Source of the DNA: Eledone cirrhosa
Lineage: Eukaryota
Reading direction: 5' to 3'
Assembly (NCBI GenBank): GCA_964016885.1
Contig: OZ024744.1
Coordinates: forward strand, 119,226,001-119,290,000
DNA length: 64,000 nucleotides
Made by a program: the position numbers and the translations under genes. Position 1 is the first letter of the stretch. The number at the start of each line of letters is the position of its first letter. Of this stretch, positions 26,757 to 38,261 are shown piece by piece. Below the pieces are notes generated by a model. That model had not been told where the DNA came from. It saw only the letters and a program-made list of their open reading frames with translations, and did no database searches.

Positions 26757-26955
26757 ATATATATATAGTGATATACATACAGTGATATATATAGTGATAT
26801 ATATATAGTGATATATATATAGTGATATATATATATAGCGATATATACACAGTGATATATACACAGTGATATATATACAGTGATATATATACAGTGATAT
26901 ATATACAGTGATATATATATACAGTGATATATATATAGTGATATATATATATATC
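26757..26955. repeat. AGTG(AT)n compound microsatellite, segment 4
   Basis: Same unit. Confidence 0.92.
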
Positions 26956-26958
26956 TAT

Positions 26959-27585
26959 TTAGGACGGGTAAAATTCCCGAGATCCATGGACAAGTTCTGT
27001 CCAGTGGTCTCTGTCCCTCATTATTGCTGCCATGTCCTGCGTCTCCAACAGACCAGTGTCTGTCCTTAGGGCATCAACATACGTTAACCCTGGTCTTCCT
27101 CTTCCAGTGTATCCATGCAGGGGCTCCCACAGGAGCACTGAGTGCAGTGTCAACTCTGGATGTCGGTGAGCATGTCCAGCTAACCTCAGTCTCCTCTGTG
27201 TCACTTTTGAGCTGACTTTTGGGATGCTCCCATACAGCTCTGAGTTCTTCATCCTCAGTGTATACTGATTAATGTTCAGAGCCATCCTCAGCATTCTCGT
27301 GTAGCACCCATCCACCATCTGAGTGAGTTTCTTGGTCAGTGTCCAAGTCTCAGACCCGTACAGCAGCACAGACCGTACAGCAATGTCTGGTAGAGAATGT
27401 TGAGAAGCCAGAGGGGATCCCTAATGTATGCGGGAAGCCACTGGAATTAGTTGAGGACTTCCGGTATTTGGGAGCAAAGATTAGGAATACGGAAGATGAT
27501 GTGGTTGAGAGGAAGAGCAAGGCCTGGGCAGCTTGCCACAGCTTGAGATCGGTGTGGAAGTCGGACCTTCGTGAAGACCTGAAGA
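26959..27585 (-). mobile_element. Short RTE-clade LINE copy with inverted 5' segment
   Basis: Minus 27372-26959 encodes SVLLYGSETW…RRLRLAGH…GRGRP; plus ~27383-27585 encodes the preceding region LELVEDFRYLG…KAWAACHSLRSVWKS…LKI. Confidence 0.85.
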
Positions 27586-27728
27586 TATATATATATATAT
27601 AGTGTTATATAAATATAGTGATATATATATATATATAGAGTGATATATATAGAGTGATATATATCAGATGATATATATATATAGTGATATATATATAGTC
27701 ATATATATATATAGTGATATATATATAG

Positions 27729-27762
<34 letters not shown>

Positions 27763-27955
27763 TGATATATATATAGTGATATATATGCAGTGATATATAT
27801 ATAGTGATATATATATATACTGATATATATACAGTGATATATATATACAGTGATATATATATGTAGTGATATATATATACTGATATATATATACAGTAAT
27901 ATATATATAATGTTGAGGATTTATACATTGATATATATATACAGTGATATAGGTA
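27586..27955. repeat. AGTG(AT)n compound microsatellite, segment 5
   Basis: Same unit. Confidence 0.9.
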
Positions 27956-29622
27956 CAATTGTTGTCCTTAAATGCACGTAGTCTGTGCAATAAGATACAT
28001 CTTTTTGACTCCTACGTCAAAAGTATTGACCCTGACTTCATTACAGTCACAGAAACATGGGCACATTCCTTACTCTGTGATGGGGTTTTCAGCATAACTG
28101 GCTACAACTTGTTTCATAAAGACCACATTAATCGTGGTGGTGGCGTAATGGTCTACGTTCAGTCAAATTTTTCAGCAATTCCTTGTGTTGATTTGAACCA
28201 ATCGCAGCAAGAGGTATTTTTCTGTGATATACGTATGACCATGTCAACACTGTTATTTGGGGTTGTTTACCGTCCCCCAAATTACCATCAGGACACTCAA
28301 CTTTGTGATATCCTCAGAGCTGCTGCCAGGTAAAACAGCCTCTTATGTTTTTATTGCAGGGGACTTCAATTACTCTGAGATTGACTGGGAAACCTTTCAT
28401 TAGCCGCAAAGAGCAAATGATTTCCTTGAGCTAGTACTGGACTCGAGTTGGTCCCAAGTAGACACCTCCCCAATAAGAGGTGACAACACTTTAAACCTAC
28501 TCTTCACCACTACTCCTGAAACGGTTATTAGTGTTACTACTGAGGAACCTTTAGGTAACTCTGATCATGATATGATCATTGCCAATCCATCCCTCATGGG
28601 CAGTAACAAGAACCACAACCATCTCCAAACTGTTCACTTTGGCTGGAATAAAGCAGACGAACTGCTACTGACCGAGCTGCAACGTCCAAACTGGCTTGAG
28701 TTTTACGACTCTGGAGATCAACACTGTACTCCAGAACATCCTGAGCTCAATATGGACAGCATGTGCAGCATCGGTGCCACGTAAGCAAAACATCCCAAAA
28801 GTGCAATTTGGGAGACTGCAGCAGTCCGTCTTGCCAGGAAGGAATGTCATAATGCTGAACGTGAGTACAAACTGCATAAATCAGATATCAATAGGAAAAA
28901 GCGAAATAAATCATCCAACCATCTCAAGCAGGTAACAAAAAATGCAGTTCTTGAATTTTAACAGCTCATAGCAACCAGCCCTGACAGTAAGGTGTTCTGG
29001 AAATATGTACACTCAAAGCAGAGGCCTCACTCTCCAGTTGGTCCTCTTCGCAATCCCCACACAAGCCAGGTTACTGACGAGCCAAGGAATGCGCAGAACT
29101 CATTGCTGAATGCTATGCAGGCATTTTTACTGTTGATGACCAAAATGTACCATCTCCACCACCTCTGACATTGGATTCTATTATAACCATGGAATTTACA
29201 CCTGTAAAATAAATGCACCCATACCTCTCCTGTGGTGGGTACTTCCTTCTGCACCAGCTATCACTCTTCTTTCAATTCTGTCTGAACAACAGTGCTACTC
29301 CAGAGCAGTGGAAAACTGCCAGTGTCATTCCTCTGTTCAAAAAGGGTGACCGCACATCACCTGTGAATTATCGTCCAGTCAGTTTTACTAGCTGCATTGC
29401 CAAACTGATGGAATCCTGTGTCAGAGTAACACTTTGGAACTTCTGGAGCTCTCACAGACTTATCCGGCCCTCACAATTTGGATTTATTCCTAACTCCAAC
29501 TGCTGTGATCAACTTATCGAGTTTCTTGAAGACATCACCCGGATCACTGATGGCGGCTCATGGGTGGATGTTGTTTACCTTGACTTTGCTAAAGCTTTCA
29601 AATCTGTGCCACACAAAAGACT
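27956..29622 (+). mobile_element. CR1-group LINE, 5' part (APE endonuclease and N-terminal RT), decayed
   Basis: LNARSLCNK…ITVTETW…GGGVMVY…VVYRPP…GDFN; WKTASVIPLFKKGD…NYRPVS…QFGF…YLDFAKAF…HKRL; stops, frameshifts and internal deletions. Confidence 0.9.
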
Positions 29623-29890
29623 TGTAGTGCTCTCTAGACAAGGGAAGTAGCTAGAGGTACTTGCCGTTGAAATTCCAGAACCTTCCTTAAACTTCCGTTC
29701 AAAGGATTATAAAAGATGGAACTGAAAGTCATCTTCCTCTCTTTGCCGGTTAACCCTGGAAGTGATCACATCGAGTGCAAACATGCTAACTTTTTCCAAC
29801 CACATCTTATGGTTCAGGATTATACCTTGCCATGATACGAGGTACATTTTCTTACCACCTTTGTAATACATGGACTACAATAAACGCGTC
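29623..29890 (+). repeat. Partial LTR (U3/R-like portion), more diverged copy
   Basis: Starts TGTAGTGCTCTCTAGACAAGGG; homologous to the first part of the other LTRs; stops just after AATAAA. Confidence 0.9.
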
Positions 29891-29904
29891 TGAGAGGGGA
29901 GTCT

Positions 29905-30333
29905 TGTAGCGTTCTCTAGACAAGGGAAGTAGCTAGAGTTACTTCCTGTTGAAATTCTAGAACCTTCTTTGAACTTCCGTTCAAAGGCTTATAAAAGAGT
30001 GAACTGAAATTCATCTCTCTCTCTTTTGCCGATCAACCCTGGAAGTGATCACATCGAGTGCAAACATGCTAACCTTTTTCCAACCACATCTTATGGTTCA
30101 GGACATTTGTTTACCACCTTTGTAACATGGACTACAATAAATGCAAGTTATTTTGATACTCGTCTTGAGAAACTTATTATGCTTCAGTCATTACTTCTAA
30201 TGTAGTGAGAGATAATTCTCACATGAAATGAAATTGTATGAAAAATTCTCCTATCTCTTATTTCTATTAAATTTAGTAGTTGGGATCCAGTGGTACTTAC
30301 TGGAGTAAGTAACCCTGGGACCAACTCACTAAA
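29905..30333 (+). repeat. Complete 5' LTR (preceded by a PPT copy at 29891-29904)
   Basis: TGTAGCG…CCAACTCACTAAA; closely similar to the 3' LTR apart from a ~24-bp deletion and substitutions. Confidence 0.93.
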
Positions 30334-30335
30334 AA

Positions 30336-30347
30336 TGGTGACCCCGA
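30336..30347 (+). promoter_or_regulatory. Primer binding site, tRNA-Trp
   Basis: TGGTGACCCCGA is complementary to the tRNA-Trp 3' end (…TCGGGGTCACCA), 2-3 nt after the LTR. Confidence 0.85.
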
Positions 30348-30684
30348 ACTCGCAGCAAAACAAATTCATTTATTCAACAGCGTATAAAAGTAGTGACAAA
30401 TATTTTCATACACCATTACAACTTATTGCTACACAAATATTGCTAAACAACTCCACTAAAATGGTAAACCCAACAACTACACAGAAAAGAAAAATTATTC
30501 ACGAATCCAGGAAATTCGTTTTATTTCAGGCAGTTCGTGTGGGGTGAACCAAATAGGAAACAAAAAATGTTTGTCCCTCGTGTTGTCGGTTCAACCAAGC
30601 TTTCGTTTTTTTGAAGTCGCCATCTTACTTGCTCGGTGCTACATTTTACTTCAGCTATTCATGGTACTACCACGTGTGCGGTAG

Positions 30685-31314
30685 TTGAGAAAAATGTTTT
30701 GCTCAGCAGCTACTGTGTTCATCATGAGCAATTTTTCGTTACCGACATATTCTGGTGATGCAAAGTTGTGGTTTGCACAACTGGACTCGTATTTTGCTGC
30801 CCACGGCGTTCAAGCGGCACAACAAAGATTACACGTGCTCATTAGTGGAATTCCTGCGGCGCTCGCAACCTCAGTAAAAGACATAATCACAGATCCTCCA
30901 CAAGGCACATCTTACGAAACCCTAAAAGCAGAAGTGCTCAGACGGAACATCCGTTCGTCTGAGAGCAGATTTCGTTCCTTGTTGGAGGAGGAAAACCTGG
31001 GAGATAGAACCCCGTCTCAGTTTTTATGGCGCATCCGGGAACTGAGTGACACAACAGCAGAGGACAACTCTTTCGTGAAACAATTATTCTTCTCTCGTTT
31101 GCCAACAAATGTACAGACCATATTGGCAAATATGGTCGACACCAGTTCTCTGGAACAAATCGCAGCCTCGGCGGATCGCATAATGGAATTTTCTCGTGTG
31201 CCTACTTCGGCAGATTCAGTCGTCGCTTCTTCTGCTTTTAAAACACAGCCTGTTTCACCTCGTGAGGACTCAATGTTGAGAGCCATTGACGCGTTAACTC
31301 GTCAAGTGGCTTAA
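30685..31314 (+). pseudogene. Gypsy Gag
   Basis: WFAQLDSYF…YETLKAEVL…LGDRTPSQFL…LFFSRLP…IAASADRIME; first ORF after the PBS. Confidence 0.85.
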
Positions 31315-31549
31315 CTGTGTCGGGAGCGAGCGCCATCCAGGTGGCATTCACGGAATCGGTCTCCTTCTCTTCATCGTTGCGTCACCACCAGGTCTACTGC
31401 TACTGTCATAAGTCCCGCGTGTTTTATAGCTGCCTCTGGAAACCAGTTTCATTCACTTCTTGCCTCGTTTCCCGAGTTAACTGACATTTCATTTAAACCG
31501 AATTAAGTAGTCCACTCGACTCGACACTTTATTACAACAACTGCTCCGC

Positions 31550-34500
31550 CTGTTTTTTCTCGTCCACGTAGGTTGGCTCCGGCCAGGCTAAAGAAAGCCA
31601 AGGATGAGTTCGAACACATGCTTCAGTTTGGTCTTATTCGACCTTCCAGCAGCCCATGGGCATCTCCGCTTCACTTGGCTCGTGAGGGTGAAGCGGATTT
31701 TAGACCTGTGGGAGATTATAGACGACTTAATGCCATCACTACACCTGATCGTTATCATTTACCGAATTTACAGGATTTTTTCATCCGTTCTGCATGGATG
31801 CAAGATATTTTCTAAAATATATCTGGTAGGAGCTTACCATCAAATACCCATGCATCCGGAAGACATACCAAAAACAGTTGTGACCATCCCTTTTGGTTCG
31901 TTTGAATTTCTGTCCATGCCTTTTGGTTTGCAGAATGCCTCTAGCACGTTCCAACGTTTTATCGATGAAGTCAGGCGTGGATTGCATTTCGTGTTTGCTT
32001 ACGTGGATGATCTCCTGATAGCCAGTGATTCAGCTGAGCACCATCATCAACATCTATCCCAGTTATTTCAACGTCTTCGATCCTACTAAGTCAGAATCAA
32101 CCCAGCTAAATGTGTTTTTGGTACAGCTTCACTGGAATTCCTTGGACACCTTATAGATTCGGAAGGCATTCGACCATTGCCATCTAAGGTAGAAGCGATT
32201 CAGTATATCGCACCACCAACATCCTTGAAACAATTACGTCATTTCTTGGGATTAATTAACTTTTATCGTCATTTCATTCCTAACTGTGCGGACAAGTTGT
32301 TCCCCTTGACACAGTTTTTAAAGGCTGCAAAAAAGAAAGATGCTCCTATTTCACTATGCTTTGCAGTCTTTTGAATCCATCAAGTCTGAGCTAGCTGAAG
32401 TTTCCTTCCTCGCCCATCCATTGCAAACGCAAGACTTTCCTTATCTGTTGATGCATCCGATCGTGCTGTTGGAGCAGTTTTGCAACATGCGATCGATCAC
32501 CAGGTTCAACCACTGGTGTTCTTCTCATGCCAACTAAAAGCAGCAGAGCAACGATACAGTACTTTTGACAGAGAGCTTTTAGCAATTTATCTTGCTGTGA
32601 GACATCTCCACAATCTTCTTGAAGGTCGGGAGTTCACGGTTTTCACAGACCATAAACCACTCACATTCGCTCTTCAAACCAAGTCCGACAGGTACTCTCC
32701 GAGAGCGTATAGGCATCTGGATCTCATCTTCCAGTGCACCAGTGACATTCGTCATATAGCTGGAACTGCCAACATACCCGCGGACACACTATCTCGACTT
32801 TCTGTGTGTTCTCTTACGTCCCCTGCACACATCGATTTGGAAATATTATTTGCGATATTTCTACTGGATCACCCAGACCACTTGTTCCAGATTGCCATCA
32901 ATGTACCGTTTTTGATGCACTTCATTCCTTGTCGCATCCCGGCATAGCTGCCACGGTGAAGCTTAGTACGGCTCGATTTTTCTGGCCTAATATGCGTCGT
33001 TTAATCACCAGTTGGACACGTTCTTGTTTGAAGTGTCAGCGCTCCAAGATTTATCGGCATATCCACGCTCTTCTTGGGAAATTCAGCCCGCCAGACGCAC
33101 GTTCCCGTCATATTCATATGTGTAGTGACCTACATTCCGCGGACTCATACACATTCTCCGTGCGTTATTTGGCTCAGCCCAGCCAATGACCGCCAGCGGA
33201 GGAGAATGTATTTCTACGCGCCCTACAGGAAAAATTCCCGCGTCAGCTCAAAAAAATCTCTCTCTCTTGCAGCTCGACCACGCTAAAGTAAACAACTACT
33301 TCTCTTTCGCCGTGAAATCACTAGCCAATATGTAACACAAAAAATGTAACCACGGCCTGGGAACACTTCAGCCAGTAGACCGTGCCTTCTGAAATCTTAA
33401 TTAGTTTGTTTCATTTGTTTGGCAGCCAGCTCTACTCACCTCTACTCAGCTATACTCAGCTATACTCAGCTCAACCTTTGTTAATAAATAATGTAAAACA
33501 TGCTAAAGTCGTTGTCGATATTCCTATCATATCTTTCTACCAAACTGGTTACTCGTGGCGCCATTACTACTTCTATAACTCTGCTGCTAAACTAGTGATT
33601 ATAATAGGACTACTACATCTATATAATTCTGCTAAGACGGAGGAGTATTTAAGTATAAAATGCTCCCTTTAAAATATATATATATACATCAACCATTCTT
33701 CCTGTTAAATATGGATATTGTTGGTCCGTGGCCCGTTAGTTGTGGGTTCACATATATATTGACTTGTATCGATCGTTTCTCTCGGTGGCCTGAAGCTATA
33801 CCCCTAGTGGACATAACAGCAGAGTCCGTTGCCCGAGCTTTCATTTCCAATTGGATTGCTCGTTTCGGTGTTCCTGCTATAACTACGGATCCTGCTATAA
33901 CTACGGATCGTGGACGCCAATTTGAAGCTTCCTTATTTCATGAAATATCACGACTCTTGAGTGCTCATCACATTCATGCGACCAGCTATCACCCAGCCTC
34001 CAATGGAATGGTGGAGAGGTTTCATAGACAGTTGAAAGCTGCACTTCGCGCTACTCCTGATCCGCAACGTTGGACCGAATTTTTGCCAATTGTGTTGTCG
34101 TTCTGCCATTAAGACAGATTTAGGTTTTTCTTCTGCTGAACTTCTTTATGGTACCACATTGTCTCTTCCTGGACAAATGTTAGCATCAGTGGATTCATCA
34201 CATCTTGACCCAGCATCATATGTCACCAGGATTCGTTTGTATTTCTCGGATCTTCCATCAATGAACCCTCGTGACCAGTCTATTTCTTCTGCTGTCCCAT
34301 CAGACATCTCTACGTGGACACATATTTTTATACGGAATGATTCCGTCAAGAGACCTCTTACGTCACCTTATAATGGACCCTTTCGTGTGCTTTCGCACAC
34401 ACCCAAACATTTCACAGTGGCTGTCAATGGTCGAAAAGAGACAATATCCATTGACAGAGAAAAGAAGGCTTTCTCTGAAAGTCTCATTACACTGCCTGAC
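31550..34500 (+). pseudogene. Gypsy Pol (RT, RNase H, integrase), frameshifted; protease apparently deleted; interrupted at 33121-33709
   Basis: [48 protein letters not shown]…[35 protein letters not shown]; 18-bp duplication [12 protein letters not shown]. Confidence 0.93.
33121..33709. mobile_element. Solo-LTR-like insertion (589 bp) in the Gypsy integrase, TSD TATG (or ATATG)
   Basis: Begins TGTAGTGA, ends GTTAAA; removal restores HIHM|DIVGP. Confidence 0.8.
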
Positions 34501-34942
34501 ATACCTCGTACATACACTCCCACACTCACACCTTCACCTCCACCGCAAACACTACATACCACACAACCTGGCCACGAAAACTCTCAAAAACATTATATAC
34601 ATTTAACCCCTAGAGGCATTAACAAAACTTCTTTTTCAGTTTTCAGATAGAACTAGTGTCAGAAAGTCTGTACACTGGTGATGTATGAACTATTTGACTT
34701 TGAAAAACTTTGAACTTACCATTGAGCATTAATTTTCTCTGCTCCCTTATACTGACTTTGAATTATCAGTTTGTTACATTCACATATTTCTTTGTAAAAT
34801 GCATTTACTTGTTTTGTACTTCTTTTGCTATTTGCTTGCTCATGTTTTTTATTCATTCATTTTCTTGTACCTTTTGCTTTGCTCCTCATTTCTTACGGGT
34901 TCTCGCTACAATGACCTTCGATTGGTTATTCGACTTCTCGGC

Positions 34943-34956
34943 TGAGAGGGGAGTCT
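34943..34956 (+). promoter_or_regulatory. Polypurine tract
   Basis: TGAGAGGGGAGTCT immediately before the 3' LTR. Confidence 0.88.
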
Positions 34957-35408
34957 TGTAGCGCTCTCTAGACAAGGGAAGTAGCTAGAGTTACTTTCCG
35001 TTGAAATTCTAGAACCTTCTTTGAACTTCCATTCAAAGGCTTATAAAAGAGTGAACTTAAGTTCATTTCCCTCTCTTTTGCCGATCAACCCTGGAAGTGA
35101 TCACATCGAGTGCAAACATGCTAACTTTTTCCAACCACATCTTATGGTTCAGGATTATATCTCGTCATGCCACGAGGTCATTTGTTTACCACCTTTGTAA
35201 CATGGACTACATTAAATGCAAGTTATTTTGATACTCGTTTTGAGAAACTTATTATGCTTCAGTCATTACTTCTAATGTAGTGAGAGATAATTCTCACATG
35301 AAATGAAATTGTATGAAAAATTCTCCTATCTCTTATTTCTATTAAATTTAGTAGTTGGGATCCGGTGGTACTTACTGGAGTAAGTAACCCTGGGACCAAC
35401 TCACTAAA
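34957..35408 (+). repeat. 3' LTR
   Basis: TGTAGCG…CCAACTCACTAAA followed by the TSD. Confidence 0.94.
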
Positions 35409-36595
35409 GACTTATGGCAAAACTCTCTGCAATGGGTGTGAAGGATGATCTTTTTAACTGGTTGAAGTCCGTCATTCTCAGTCGAAGAGAGGTAGTCACG
35501 GTTCTAGGACAGCATTCCTCACCATATGAGACGTCATCTGGTGTACCACAGGCACCTGTTCTTGGCCCCCTTTTGTTTGTGGCATATATTAATGACATAG
35601 ATGCCATCTTGAAGAATTCCACAGTAGTGAAATATGCAGATGACATCAAGCTGTACCTTGAGATAAAACGGACAGATCCTGAACACTATAGATCTTTCCT
35701 GCAATCAGACCTGGACACAATGCAGCAATGGATCACAGACTGGCAACTGAAGCTGGTTGTGGACAAGTGTACCACCATGCATTTTGGGAGTAAAAACCCA
35801 GTGTCCACATACTCCCTCCACAGCACTAATATCAAGAAGTCTTCTTGTGAACGTGACCTGGGCATTACTGTCAGCAGCGATTTGCGTTGGACGAAGCACG
35901 TCTCTAAAATTGTCAAGAAGGCCGAGTGTGTCTTAGCATCACTCAGCAAGACCTTTGTCAGCCACTCTCTGGCTATCTATTTAAAGCTGTATATAGCTAT
36001 GGTGCAGCCACACTTAGAATTTGCATCACCAGTCTGGAACCCCTATATTGCTCAGAATATTGACCGCCTGGAAACTGTTCAGAGACGTGAAACCAAGCGA
36101 ATACCCTCCATCAGGCATCTACCATACTCTGAACGCCTTGCTTCCCTGGGCATGGATACATTAAAGCTCCGACGTCTGGCAACTGACTTGGTAAACACCC
36201 ACAAAATTAGTAACCATCTTGCCAACAACAACCCTGAGCACATTTTTGATTTCCATGTGTCTAACACACGTGGGCATGGCCACAAAGTCAGAAAACAGCA
36301 CAACTCCCATGACTTTCGGAAATATTTTTTCACGCTCAGAGTTGCTGAATCATGGAACAAACTACCTGCATCAGTTGTTAGCTGTCGAGAGACTGCATCC
36401 TTTAAAACCTCCATACTTCCTGAGATTCGCCAACACTACACCTGATATTCCCCCTCAATACACACGCATGCATGTATTTCATGACTCTTAGACTGCTCAT
36501 TTCCATGACATTTTAACATTATTCTATGTACTATACATACACATTTGATGAGTTATAGTGCACCTGAGCACTGTACACAATAATTTCATCATTAT
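35409..36595 (+). mobile_element. CR1-group LINE, 3' part (RT C-terminus, ORF 35414-36445, and 3' UTR)
   Basis: SGVPQAPVLGPLLF…YINDI…YADD…ERDLG…PHLEFASPVWNP…TRGH…FFTLRV…WNKLP. Confidence 0.93.
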
Positions 36596-36717
36596 ATCAT
36601 ATATAGTAATATATATAGTGGTATATGCATAGTGATATATATTCATTGATATATATATATAGTGATAAATATATAGTGATATATATCTATAATGATATAG
36701 ATACAGTGATATATATA
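36596..36717. repeat. AGTG(AT)n compound microsatellite, segment 6
   Basis: Same unit, more degenerate. Confidence 0.8.
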
Positions 36718-36760
36718 TACAACATAGATAACAATCAAATTTTTGTTTAATGCATTTAAT

Positions 36761-36807
36761 TGCTGAGGATCGTTTCTTCCAGACAAAAGTCTGGAATCAT
36801 CAGAGCA
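36761..36807 (-). ncRNA. Minimal type I hammerhead ribozyme (core intact, stem III mismatch)
   Basis: Minus strand: TGCT CTGATGA TTCCAGAC tttt GTCTGGAA GAAA CGATCC TC AGCA. Confidence 0.85.
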
Positions 36808-36873
36808 TATACAATGTTAAAACAAATAAATAAATTCTAAAGATTAGGAATTTATTTGTTTTAACATAGTATA

Positions 36874-36920
36874 TGCTGTGATGATTCCAGACATTTGTCT
36901 GGAAGAAACGATCGTCAGCA
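36874..36920 (+). ncRNA. Minimal type I hammerhead ribozyme (C3->G core variant)
   Basis: TGCT GTGATGA TTCCAGAC attt GTCTGGAA GAAA CGATCG TC AGCA; palindromic stem-loop III ACGATCGT, GUC cleavage triplet. Confidence 0.85.
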
Positions 36921-37337
36921 ATTAAATGCATTAAACAAAAATTTGATTGTTTTTTATATTGTACTTCTGCTCTGTAGTATATCTGATATTTTACATTGAG
37001 CTAATTATCTTACTGGTAATTGGGTAATACACAATATTACCCTTATCTTATTTATAATTCTATATAGATTATATATATAAGTATAAATATTATTATTAAT
37101 ATTATTATTATTATTATTATTGAATGCTATGGTTGACGGAGGCTCGGCTCTGTAAGGTATTGTAAATTTTGAACGCTATAACAATTGTAAATTGTTTAAA
37201 ACTTTAACCAACTTGTAGACAAAAACACCCTCCTCCTCGTGAGAGGGGTCTTTGTGCCCGTTATTTGGCCCTTCGGGGTTAAATAACTGCTTATTGGGGT
37301 TTAGTGCCCAATATTTATTTTAAAGAAAAAAAACAAC

Positions 37338-38261
37338 ATGGCTACGAAAAAGAATTTTCATAGGTCACTCCCACTCATTCCGTCTTCTTCTTCCTCAATC
37401 GTCACTACAGCAGAGAGAAGATTGTCTCTCTCCCTCCCTTCTTTAAATGTGTCTCTCTCCCTCCCTTCTCTTTCGCAAGCGACGACAGAAAAGAAAAGTC
37501 TCGTGCAAAGCGTGCAAGATTTCTCCACGACGACGACGACGACAACGACGAAACAGGTGTGCGGGAAATACGAAAACCCATTTCATTCGTCTGACGTCAG
37601 GAATAATAGCAGTAGCAGCCGTAATAATAACAGCAACAGTGACAATGAAAACAATAGTAGCAGCCGCAACAGCATCAGCAGCAGCATAAACAACAACAGC
37701 ATTAGCAGCAGCAACAACAACAACAACCACAGCAACAGCGGCGGAGGCAGTAGTCGTAGTACCTGCAGCAACAACAAAAGTAACAGCAGCTCTGACGACA
37801 ACAACAACAACAACAGCAGCAAAGAAAAACCAATCTCGTTTGCAGGTATCGCGAAGAACCTGGAAACAATCCTCATAACAAATGAGGAATTAGAGGAAGC
37901 GAAGAAGATGGTGACAAAGAATGGACACCGAGCAATCTGCAAGGCAGCGGAAAAATTTTTCGAAACCCAACAGCACTGTACGGTCACGTACCGTACAGTA
38001 AGTACAAAATCCCGTAGGGTGGAAAGAGCCACAGAGGCTCAAATACAAAAATCCTTGGGATCTGTGTGGCAGCGGAAAACACACATCACCCGAGGCAAGA
38101 AATATGCCACCGTAGACGTACTTTTTGCCACACCCCAGGAAGCAAAGGCTCAATCCGTAGTGACCCTAAGGAGCGAGGAAATGGTGTTGGTGCCCTCCTA
38201 CTGCGGGAAAAAAATTGTGAGGGTCAAACTGACCCACGTCCCCCCCCCCGTCTACGGGTAA
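37338..38261 (+). pseudogene. Element 1 ORF1 (Asn/Ser-rich N-terminus plus globular domain; zinc knuckle lost by deletion)
   Basis: Homologous to element 3 ORF1 (TVTYRTVS…HITRGKKY…VLVPSYC). Confidence 0.8.

Larger units (their letters stand above)
29623..35408 (+). mobile_element. Gypsy/Ty3 LTR retrotransposon (decayed) inserted in the CR1 RT, TSD GACT (or AGACT)
   Basis: LTRs, PBS, PPT, gag then RT-RNaseH-integrase order; removing it restores the CR1 frame HKRL|MAKL. Confidence 0.96.
36718..37070 (+). mobile_element. Palindromic non-coding repeat resembling a Penelope pseudo-LTR/retrozyme (copy A)
   Basis: ~100-bp inverted arms (36730-36831 / 36850-36951), each with a hammerhead motif; homologous to 52601-52840 in inverted orientation. 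Confidence 0.75.

Noticed and set aside
37228-37250. HDV-like ribozyme suggested by TCCTCGT in the Tx1 5' UTR
   Set aside because: P3, P1 and P2 pairings of the nested double pseudoknot could not be built; a simple hairpin fits better.
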